From the IMG/VR virus record IMGVR_UViG_3300035540_000137, positions 1-29,464 of that record: 29,464 nucleotides of DNA. One strand, given 5' to 3'. This document shows positions 1 to 7,146 of the stretch, piece by piece. Origin of the DNA: a virus (Duplodnaviria; Caudoviricetes). Position 1 is the stretch's first letter. Every line of letters starts with the position of its first letter. The notes beneath the pieces are model-generated. The model was not told where the DNA came from. It did no database searches and was given only the letters and a program-made list of their open reading frames with translations. Position numbers and translations under genes: made by a program.

Positions 1-62
1 AAAAACATTATAACAAGCATAACTGCGATTATATATCCTATGAAAGTTCCTAATTTTTTCAT
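1..62 (-). CDS. N-terminus of a membrane/exported protein (runs off window)
   Basis: RBS GAGGTG, then ATG at 62. Reads MKKLGTFIGYIIAVMLVIMF, a signal/TM-like segment. Not in the ORF track. Confidence 0.6.
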   Translation of the reverse strand, partial: MKKLGTFIGYIIAVMLVIMF

Positions 63-84
63 ACTAACACCTCTATTAATTATT

Positions 85-969
85 TTATATATTACCCTCA
101 GCGTGTTCTGCAATAATATAGTTTATGTAAGCTGAGCAAGTAACTATCATAAACTTAGCTTCATTGTAGTATTCTCTTGATGGCTTTTCTGAACTTCCAT
201 GTCTAATGTTTCCATCTGCTGAAGTCCATCCAAACAATTTATTTAAGGCTCCTTTAAATGCAGGGTGAACTTTTAATTTGTTTGTTAATTTACCTAAAGA
301 TTCTTTTTCCCCAGTAAGTATCATTGATAAAGATTCTACTGCACCTATAGCTTCTTTAATAGAATTTTCGTAGTCAGGATTTTCTCTATTTGATAATAAT
401 TCTAATGATTTGTTAATTAATATTTTTACATTTAAAAATTCATCATCTAAATTTAAAGCTTGTTCAATTTCATTTATTTCATTCTTATTGTTTAATGGAA
501 CGATTGATTTGTTAATAATATTATATTGAGCGTTATGCTTTTTAAAATCATCATTAATCATAACAATTAAATCAGATTTTAATTTTTCAGAAATATTATT
601 AGTTTTCAATAAGAATTCTATAAAATCAAATATTATATACCATTCTTCTATCTGTTTATAATATTCCATAATTAAAGTGGTCATTTTATTCATATTCAAT
701 TTGTTAATATCTATTGTGAATAAATTATAATTATATAAACTTGAATCATAGTAAAAATTATCCACTATCAAAAATAAATCAAAATCTGATAAATCTTCTT
801 CTAAAAAATTCCTGTATATATTTACTATCAAATAATAAAGATTATTTTTATCAATACTGTGCAAAATAATGTTGATAGAATTGGAAATTCTTGTCTTTAA
901 TTTTTTCGTTATATCATTTTTTATTTTTTTCTTTTTAACAAATCCGTTCCTTTCTGAAAAAGTACTCAC
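85..969 (-). CDS. AbiJ-like protein (AbiJ-NTD4-type N-terminus plus C-terminal HEPN-like domain); putative anti-phage cargo
   Basis: N-terminal FSERNG motif. C-terminal ENSIKEAIGAVES...HPAFKGALNKLFGWTS..GNIRHG...EAKFMIVTCSAYINY pattern. RBS AGGAGG before GTG. Confidence 0.7.
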   Translation of the reverse strand: MSTFSERNGFVKKKKIKNDITKKLKTRISNSINIILHSIDKNNLYYLIVNIYRNFLEEDLSDFDLFLIVDNFYYDSSLYNYNLFTIDINKLNMNKMTTLIMEYYKQIEEWYIIFDFIEFLLKTNNISEKLKSDLIVMINDDFKKHNAQYNIINKSIVPLNNKNEINEIEQALNLDDEFLNVKILINKSLELLSNRENPDYENSIKEAIGAVESLSMILTGEKESLGKLTNKLKVHPAFKGALNKLFGWTSADGNIRHGSSEKPSREYYNEAKFMIVTCSAYINYIIAEHAEGNI

Positions 970-1038
970 TTCAAATATCCCTCCTATATATTGATTATTT
1001 AATAACCCTTAATTCGTATAACACTTGATATATTAATT

Positions 1039-1068
1039 AAAAAATGGAGCCCCAATTAGGACTCCATT
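1039..1068 (-). terminator. Intrinsic terminator of the repressor gene
   Basis: Minus strand AATGGAGTCC-TAATTG-GGGCTCCATT followed by a T run; overlaps the stop codon. Confidence 0.7.
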
Positions 1069-1646
1069 CTTATTACCCCTATAAATCTTCCTATTATTTT
1101 ATAATCTTTTGAAATATCTTGTTTTTCAGTATCTATAGTTTGGAATAAGACTTCTTTATCATTTATTGGTAAAGCTCGCCTTATTTTTGCTTCATTATCT
1201 AAATATACATAGACAATATCATTTTTTTTGAAATTCTTTGTTGAAGTAAACAAAGCTAAATCATCTTTTTTTATTTTTGGTGCCATTTCATTGTCTTCTA
1301 CTGCAACAATAAAATCACAACCTTCTATATCTGGTAATGTTATTTTTTTGATCTCTTCTAATTGTAGCATTCCATCTTCGAAATATGCTCCCTTTATCAC
1401 TGGCTTCTCATAAAAACTCACATTTCCGACCTTTGCCACTTTTTTATCTTCATAACCAGTTAGATACTCAACAGTTGTATCTAAAGCATCTGCTATTTTT
1501 TTTAAATTTTCATTTGAAGGATTATCATACCCATTTTTATAGCGAGAAACTTGTGGTCTTGAAACCCCTATTTTTTTAGCTAATTCTTTTTGAGTATATC
1601 CACTTTTAATTAGAGCTATATTGAATCTTTCAGGATTAAGTTTCAT
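1056..1646 (-). CDS. CI/LexA-like repressor (Xre HTH plus S24-like domain with degenerate active site)
   Basis: HTH YTQKELAKKIGVSRPQVSRYKNG. C-terminal VAVEDNEMAPKIKKDD...IVYVYLDNEAKIRR...KIIG is S24-like. ATG 1646 follows RBS GAGGTGG; the track start of 1664 is probably too long. Confidence 0.85.
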   Translation of the reverse strand: MKLNPERFNIALIKSGYTQKELAKKIGVSRPQVSRYKNGYDNPSNENLKKIADALDTTVEYLTGYEDKKVAKVGNVSFYEKPVIKGAYFEDGMLQLEEIKKITLPDIEGCDFIVAVEDNEMAPKIKKDDLALFTSTKNFKKNDIVYVYLDNEAKIRRALPINDKEVLFQTIDTEKQDISKDYKIIGRFIGVIRMES

Positions 1647-1868
1647 TAAACCACCTCTCGACAAAATGGGTAATTATACTAACTTATGTTAATTTTACTA
1701 TTATGTGTCGTACAATAAGATTTCACGATGTAAACAAAAATAATCCTCTTTAATAAACTGTAAAAAGGTGTAGTTTGATTTTAAAAATCAGACAACCAAA
1801 TATATAAAGTAAGTGAAATTACGTATCATAACTAATGTATTTTTGAAAACAAAATAACTTAAATACAA

Positions 1869-1954
1869 GTCGAGGTAGCCAAATTGGAAAAAGGCGATAG
1901 AACTTGCCGGCCATGTGATTCTATTAATTGTAGGTTCGACTCCTACCCTTGACA
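1869..1954 (+). ncRNA. tRNA-like RNA with expanded 18-nt anticodon loop
   Basis: Acceptor stem GTCGAGG/CCTTGAC, T8-A9, D arm GCC..TGG..GGC, stem ATAGA/TCTAT, T arm GTAGG-TTCGACT-CCTAC, discriminator A, then TCA rather than CCA. Confidence 0.8.
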
Positions 1955-1975
1955 TCATAAAAAGGAGTTGATATT

Positions 1976-2248
1976 GTGGAAAATACTATTTCATTACAAG
2001 AAATGTTTGTTTTGAACAAAATATTTATGTTTCACGATCCTAAAGAAAAATTGTCTGATTATATAAAAAATCAACAAAATGCTTTAAAGGTACTCAAAAA
2101 GATAAATAAGAATAATTCTTCCATTACTATGAATGATGTTTATAAAGAAGTAAAAGAATTTCGAGCTGAATTTACAGAGTTAATAAAGGATATGGATCAA
2201 AAAGAAACAGCTGATTCTTCATCAGAATCTTCATCATATTCGGAATAA
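1976..2248 (+). CDS. Hypothetical protein, 90 aa (array module 1, plus)
   Basis: RBS AAGGAG before GTG; 3' end overlaps the opposite-strand gene by 52 nt. Confidence 0.65.
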   Translation: MENTISLQEMFVLNKIFMFHDPKEKLSDYIKNQQNALKVLKKINKNNSSITMNDVYKEVKEFRAEFTELIKDMDQKETADSSSESSSYSE

Positions 2249-2886
2249 TATTGATCATATAATTCAGCTTTATTATGTACTTCAATTTGTTCTTTAAAAA
2301 ACTTAGCAGTTTTAATAACCTCATTAAATGCTCTTTTATAGTTTTTTCTGTTTTCTAATTCAATATTCATATTACCTTTAGAGTCTTTTAAGTCAACATA
2401 AAAAATATCTTTTGGTTTATATTCATTTTCTATTGAATTTTTAATAATAAAAGACAAAAGAAAATCGATCTGATCATCTTTTAATTTTGATTTAGTGTTA
2501 TTCAACAAAAACATTCTATTACTTTCTTTGTCTATAAGAATATTTTTAGCAACTATAACTAAATTATTATCTTCTTTGTAGGTCATGTTTTTGAAGTATA
2601 AATTGTTTTTATCAATATTAGTAAGCTTTAAAAATTCGAGAAAATAATCAAAACTATCAACGTTGGCTTTCAAGACATCTGGTTTATGGTTCATGCTATT
2701 AATATAATTTTTAACTTCTTCTTTTGAAGTTCCGTTTATATACTTTTTCACACCATATATGAATGGAGTTTTCCACTTTGAACCATATTGTACTGTATTT
2801 TTAATATCTTTAAGTATTCTACTCCAATCTGGGACTTTTCCACTACATAATTTACTAATTGTAAGGATATTAAAAGGTTTGATAAT
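2197..2886 (-). CDS. Hypothetical protein, about 229 aa, acidic C-tail (array module 1, minus)
   Basis: Long ORF in AT-rich DNA. Strong RBS AAAGGAGGT at 2890-2898 is followed only by in-frame ATA/ATT/ATC, so the start is uncertain (track gives 2994). Confidence 0.7.
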   Translation of the reverse strand: MIKPFNILTISKLCSGKVPDWSRILKDIKNTVQYGSKWKTPFIYGVKKYINGTSKEEVKNYINSMNHKPDVLKANVDSFDYFLEFLKLTNIDKNNLYFKNMTYKEDNNLVIVAKNILIDKESNRMFLLNNTKSKLKDDQIDFLLSFIIKNSIENEYKPKDIFYVDLKDSKGNMNIELENRKNYKRAFNEVIKTAKFFKEQIEVHNKAELYDQYYSEYDEDSDEESAVSF

Positions 2887-2944
2887 TATACCTCCTTTAA
2901 TCAGAAACACCCCCTTTAGGGTCAAAAAATAAGGATGTGATCTT

Positions 2945-3172
2945 GTGAGTAAAATCGAGTCTCTTATGTCTGTTAGAGAGTTTTCTAAAAACAATAAATT
3001 AGATTATAGAACTTTTATAAGTGTTGTCAAGGCTACTAAGCTTAAACCTTTTATGAAAAAGGCTGGTAATTATGTTTTTTATAAAGAGTCTGATTTGATT
3101 GCTGTTAAGAATGTTTATGATTCTCTTCCTGGTCTCCTCAAAAAAGAGAAGAAAAGATTTTTCCAGGAATAA
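2945..3172 (+). CDS. Small basic protein, excisionase/MerR-like winged-HTH candidate (module 2, plus)
   Basis: RBS AAGGATGTGAT before GTG. LMSVREFSK...YRTF...LKP....GNYVFYKESDL pattern. Confidence 0.6.
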   Translation: MSKIESLMSVREFSKNNKLDYRTFISVVKATKLKPFMKKAGNYVFYKESDLIAVKNVYDSLPGLLKKEKKRFFQE

Positions 3173-3209
3173 ATATATTTTATGTTTTTTATTAAAGGAT
3201 GATACAAAA

Positions 3210-3593
3210 CTATTGCAACATACTTATTATTTGTAAAACAATTGAAGTCATTCCTGCCAAAACTTGTCTATGATCAACAAACCATTTTTTAATTTTCTTT
3301 AATTTTGATTCTTTAGGTTCTTGAATTTGTTCTTCTAACTCTTTAATTCTATATTCAGCATCATCTTTTATATCAGATTCAGGTAATTTACTAAATTCTT
3401 CTTTTAGTTTATTGAAAAGTTCGTTTATATCGTTATCACTTGAAATATTATTTTGAGTAAAACTACTATTTTCAATTTTATTAGCATTGATTTTTTGAAT
3501 GTTATTATTATTCCCATAATAATTCTCTTGATCATTATGGAAATTATTATTGATACTATTATGTGCGTTGCAACTATTTTCGTGATTATCCAT
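3210..3593 (-). CDS. Hypothetical protein, Asn-rich N-terminus and helical C-terminus (module 2, minus)
   Basis: RBS GGAGG at 3603-3607 (minus), ATG 3593, 127 aa. Confidence 0.75.
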   Translation of the reverse strand: MDNHENSCNAHNSINNNFHNDQENYYGNNNNIQKINANKIENSSFTQNNISSDNDINELFNKLKEEFSKLPESDIKDDAEYRIKELEEQIQEPKESKLKKIKKWFVDHRQVLAGMTSIVLQIISMLQ

Positions 3594-3621
3594 TTTATTA
3601 AACCTCCAGGAGTTGAATTAT

Positions 3622-3912
3622 ATGACAATTAATTCTTATAAAACTGCACACCCAGATAAAAATCTTGAAGATTCATTGAATGAAACTTTTTCTAATTTTT
3701 TTGAAAGGTTTCATTTATTGAAATCTGATGTTTCTGTTGAGTTTAAAGCAAAGATTGATTTAAAAAGAATTGCAAAATCTTTAAACCAAGAAATAAATAT
3801 TGACAATTTAGAAAAAAGAAAAGAGTTTATTTATAGTCTTTTTCAAAAAAATGGTTTTGAAATAAAAGATCTTGAAATAACAAAAGAACATATAATCATT
3901 AATTTTGTTTAA
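3622..3912 (+). CDS. Hypothetical protein, 96 aa (module 3, plus)
   Basis: RBS AGGAG at 3608-3612, ATG 3622; 3' overlap with the minus gene. Confidence 0.65.
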   Translation: MTINSYKTAHPDKNLEDSLNETFSNFFERFHLLKSDVSVEFKAKIDLKRIAKSLNQEINIDNLEKRKEFIYSLFQKNGFEIKDLEITKEHIIINFV

Positions 3913-4473
3913 ATTCGTTATTTTCCATTTTCTCACTATGAATATTTTGAACGTTGCTGTCAAATATATAGTTAATTATTGTTTTCTCATCAACTTTTTG
4001 ATTATTGTGTAAGGCATCTGTTTTTAAATCAATTAATAAACATTTTATATCAATATAAAAACGATAGAAAATATCATTAACAAATTTATTCCAGCATGTT
4101 TCAAAATCATTATCTGAATAAGAAGTCATAACTTTATCTATTTTGTTAGGATCTTTTTTTGATTCATTGATATATTCATAAATCAAGATAATTCTATTTG
4201 GCATTTTATCAGGTAAAATAAAGTTATTTTTAATTCCTATTGCCATATGCTTTACTTCATTTAACCAGCTATTTATATCTGTTTTGTCATTTTCTATATT
4301 TTTTCTGTAAGTTCAAACATATATTTTATAACTCTATCTCTATTTAAAAAGTCGTGTAATGCAACTATATGGTTTATTCCAGATTCCCATGATGAATTCA
4401 TAATACCATTTATAACTAATTCAAATTTTTCTATAGTTGATTCTATTTCGATTAATGATAATTCGTTTTTCAA
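3899..4473 (-). pseudogene. Frameshifted hypothetical protein, 191 aa if repaired (module 3, minus)
   Basis: RBS GGAGG and TTG at 4473 give LKNELSLIEIE...MFELTEKI*. Adding one A to the A6 tract at 4299-4304 joins this in frame (..EKNIENDKTDINSWLNEVKHMAIG..) to track ORF 3899..4246. Confidence 0.7.
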
Positions 4474-4504
4474 GAATATTCCTCCAATAAAAGGATGTGA
4501 TTTT

Positions 4505-4714
4505 ATGGCAAATATTAATGGTAAATCAATGAATAATGGTTTTTCTATTGATACAAATTCATTAGATTCTGTTTTAGATTGTATTAAAGCTCAAATGAAG
4601 TTTCATGATAAATCATCAATCGATTTTAGGATTGAAAGCAATTCTAATGAGCTTAATATAGGTAATGTTATCAATAAGTTAGTTACTGGAAAAGTTACTA
4701 TTCACTTTGAATAA
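4505..4714 (+). CDS. Hypothetical protein, 69 aa (module 4, plus)
   Basis: RBS AAGGATGTGAT before ATG; 3' overlap with the minus gene. Confidence 0.6.
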   Translation: MANINGKSMNNGFSIDTNSLDSVLDCIKAQMKFHDKSSIDFRIESNSNELNIGNVINKLVTGKVTIHFE

Positions 4715-5087
4715 ATATTTGATCTGTATCAATAACAAAAAGTATAAAGTTTGAATTTTTTAGTTTGTTTTTTATTATGTTTTTATATAAATCAATTTTT
4801 TGTTCTTCATTAAGAGATTTTGAAAGAATTTCATAATTATTTTTATCTTTTTCTTTCAATAAATGGTGGTTCAAGGCAACATCTATATTTTTTAATAGGA
4901 AAGAATATAGATTTCCTGAGAATCCTATGTTTTTAAAACTACCATTCATTATAAAACGATTTTCATAGATTTGCATTTGAGGAGTATCTGTTGTTATTCC
5001 TTTAACAAAACCAAGGTTTTCTTTAAGATAACTCTCATTAAAATCAAATTTTTCTTGATCTGGTAACAAAATTAATACTTTACTCAT
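4698..5087 (-). CDS. Hypothetical protein, 129 aa (module 4, minus)
   Basis: RBS GGAGGT before ATG. Confidence 0.75.
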   Translation of the reverse strand: MSKVLILLPDQEKFDFNESYLKENLGFVKGITTDTPQMQIYENRFIMNGSFKNIGFSGNLYSFLLKNIDVALNHHLLKEKDKNNYEILSKSLNEEQKIDLYKNIIKNKLKNSNFILFVIDTDQIFIQSE

Positions 5088-5168
5088 ACTAATACCTCCA
5101 TAATTTTTGGCTTTAAGCCATTTATTATAAAGGCTATGGATATTTTCCCTCTAGAATTCAACCATTAT

Positions 5169-5519
5169 TCAAAGATTTTTAAGTTTTTTTGATAAGTCCA
5201 GTAGTTCTTTAGCTATTGATTCTAATTTATCTGGTAGATTTTGTGTTTCTAAGTTTTCTAGTTTGTTTAGTTTGTTTTTTATGAAATCAGGCATTTCGTT
5301 GTTTTCGTTCAACGGATTGTCTGTTAGTCCCAATAAGTAGTCTGCTGAAACGTTAAGGGTTATAGCAATTTTTAATAAAATATCTGATCTTATAGATTGT
5401 CTTTTATTACCTTCTATTTCAGATAAAGATGATTGACCAATACCTGTACGTTTCGCAAACTCTTTTTGGTCAATATTCAATTGCTCACGTAAGGTTCTTA
5501 TTTTTTCCCCAATATTCAT
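5169..5519 (-). CDS. Xre-family HTH repressor (no peptidase domain)
   Basis: IGEKIRTLRE...QKEFAKRTGIGQSSLSEIEG...VSADYLLG; RBS GAGGTG; divergent from a Cro-like gene. Confidence 0.9.
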   Translation of the reverse strand: MNIGEKIRTLREQLNIDQKEFAKRTGIGQSSLSEIEGNKRQSIRSDILLKIAITLNVSADYLLGLTDNPLNENNEMPDFIKNKLNKLENLETQNLPDKLESIAKELLDLSKKLKNL

Positions 5520-5537
5520 TTTTTCACCTCAAATAAC

Positions 5538-5566
5538 ATTTTATCGAATTTACGATATTATGTCAA
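5538..5566 (-). promoter_or_regulatory. Sigma70-type promoter of the Xre repressor
   Basis: Minus strand TTGACA (5566-5561), 17-nt spacer, TAAAAT (5543-5538). Confidence 0.75.
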
Positions 5567-5645
5567 ACAAATCGTAATTAAGAATTTACGTTTTATTTAT
5601 TTTAAATATATCGGAAATACGATATAATAATATCGTTATTACGAA
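5543..5645. promoter_or_regulatory. Four operator sites, consensus ATCG-N6-CGAT, overlapping divergent promoters
   Basis: ATCG-AATTTA-CGAT 5543, ATCG-TAATTA-AGAA 5571, ATCG-GAAATA-CGAT 5610, ATCG-TTATTA-CGAA 5632. Rightward TATAAT at 5623-5628. Confidence 0.75.
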
Positions 5646-5669
5646 ACTACAAAAAGGAGGTTCGTTATT

Positions 5670-5888
5670 ATGATTAAATTAAAAGAAATAAGAATTAAAA
5701 AAAAGCTCACTCAGAATGAATTAAGTGAATTATCAAAAGTACCTCAATCCTCTATTAGCGATATTGAAAATAATAAAACTATTCCTTCGATATTGACACT
5801 AACTAAAATAGCAAAAGTATTAAATGTAAAAATAGAGGATTTAATAGAGTATCAAGAAGAAACCGTTGAAAAAGAAAAAGCTATTTAA
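5670..5888 (+). CDS. Cro-like Xre HTH regulator
   Basis: LKEIRIKKKLTQNELSELSKVPQSSISDIEN; RBS AAGGAGG. Confidence 0.9.
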   Translation: MIKLKEIRIKKKLTQNELSELSKVPQSSISDIENNKTIPSILTLTKIAKVLNVKIEDLIEYQEETVEKEKAI

Positions 5889-5907
5889 TCAATAAGGTGG
5901 TGATTAT

Positions 5908-6141
5908 ATGAAAAATTTTGATAATAATTTAAAGCAATACAGATTAAAAGCAAAAATGACGAGAGATGAACTTGTAACAGCTACAGGAATTTCTTCTACA
6001 ATGCTTTATTATCTGGAAAAAGGAAATAGAGGTGTTTCATATTTTTTAGCAGATAGAATTGCTTTTGTTTTGAATGTTCCTCTTGAAGAAGTATTTCCAG
6101 AATTCAAAAAAAGAAAATCTCCTATTTTAACTGCTAAATAG
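5908..6141 (+). CDS. Second small Xre HTH regulator
   Basis: NNLKQYRLKAKMTRDELVTATGISSTMLYYLEKG...LEEVFP. Confidence 0.85.
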   Translation: MKNFDNNLKQYRLKAKMTRDELVTATGISSTMLYYLEKGNRGVSYFLADRIAFVLNVPLEEVFPEFKKRKSPILTAK

Positions 6142-6201
6142 TTTTTATGATCTTATTAATTTTATAGTTTTTTTCAATACTTGATACAAGGAGGAATAAA
6201 T

Positions 6202-6957
6202 ATGAACAATTTAGATTTATTTAAAAATCAACAAATTATACCCCTGAAAGAAAATGAAAATGGTGAAGTTTTAGTAAGTGCAAGGGATTTACATGAATTT
6301 TTGGAAATAAGAACTGATTTTAGGCATTGGTTTCCAAGGATGTGTGGTTATGGTTTTGAAGAAAATGAAGATTATACCCCGGTCATTTTTGACCACCCCT
6401 TAAACAATCAACCAACAAAAGATTATGCAATGAAAATAGATATGGCAAAAGAAATAGCAATGATTCAAAGAAGCCGTAAAGGTAAAATGGCGAGAAAATA
6501 TTTTATCGAGGTAGAAAAAGCATGGAATAGTCCAGAGATGATAATGAAAAGAGCTCTTGAGATAGCAAATAAGAAAGTAGATAAATTATCTTATGAATTA
6601 GAAGTAGCAAGACCAAAAGCAATGTTTGCAGATAGTGTTTTTGCTTCAGAAAGTACTATTCTAATAAGAGATTTAGCAAAAATATTAAAAGGTAATGGGA
6701 TAGATATCGGAGAAAAAAGACTTTTTGTATGGATGAGGGAAAATGGATATCTCATAAAACAAAGAGGGAGAGACTATAATTCTCCTACTCAAAAAGCTAT
6801 GAACATGGGTTTATTTAGAATAAAAGAAAATACTATAACCCATTCAAACGGTAAAATCAGTATTAATAAAACACCATTAGTAACTGGAAAAGGGCAAACT
6901 TATTTTATTAAAAAATTCTTTCAACAAATGGAAGGATTAAAATTAAAACTTACATAA
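6202..6957 (+). CDS. Phage antirepressor (AntA/AntB N-terminus plus KilAC/ANT C-terminus)
   Basis: VSARDLHEFLE...DMAKEIAMIQR...ARKYFIEVEK and PKAMFADSV...GEKRLFVWMRENGYL...TPLVTGKGQ. ATG 6202 after AGGAGG. Confidence 0.92.
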   Translation: MNNLDLFKNQQIIPLKENENGEVLVSARDLHEFLEIRTDFRHWFPRMCGYGFEENEDYTPVIFDHPLNNQPTKDYAMKIDMAKEIAMIQRSRKGKMARKYFIEVEKAWNSPEMIMKRALEIANKKVDKLSYELEVARPKAMFADSVFASESTILIRDLAKILKGNGIDIGEKRLFVWMRENGYLIKQRGRDYNSPTQKAMNMGLFRIKENTITHSNGKISINKTPLVTGKGQTYFIKKFFQQMEGLKLKLT

Positions 6958-6984
6958 TTCTTGATCTTATAAAGGAGTGATTAT

Positions 6985-7131
6985 ATGCATAGAGTTACAC
7001 CTGAGGAAGCTGTCGCAGGATATCTTATACGTTCTGGGAAATTAGAAGAGAAGATGAAAGAGAAATGGAAAAAGCAAGAAGAGGAAAAAAAGAAATCTGA
7101 GAAAACGAAAGAAAAGGTTGAAACCACTTAG
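6985..7131 (+). CDS. Small charged hypothetical protein, 48 aa
   Basis: RBS AAGGAGTGA; MHRVTPEEAVAGYLIRSGKLEEK...; fills the operon gap; below the track cutoff. Confidence 0.65.
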   Translation: MHRVTPEEAVAGYLIRSGKLEEKMKEKWKKQEEEKKKSEKTKEKVETT

Positions 7132-7146
7132 AAAGGAGTGAGTCTT

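Noticed and set aside
1228-1579. Plus-strand ORFs 1228..1413 and 1385..1579
   Set aside because: Shadows of the repressor gene with no RBS.
1869-1957. Calling this a functional tRNA or an attachment-site remnant
   Set aside because: The 18-nt loop gives no assignable anticodon; both halves are present, and no integrase or duplicate 3' end is visible.
3425-3628. Minus ORF of 67 aa
   Set aside because: Alternative frame over the Asn-rich part of 3210..3593; Ile-rich artefact with no RBS.
5097-5140. TCCATA/TATGGA and TGGCTT/AAGCCA pairings near the RBS of 4698..5087
   Set aside because: Short 6-bp stems in AT-rich DNA with no U tail; could be chance.
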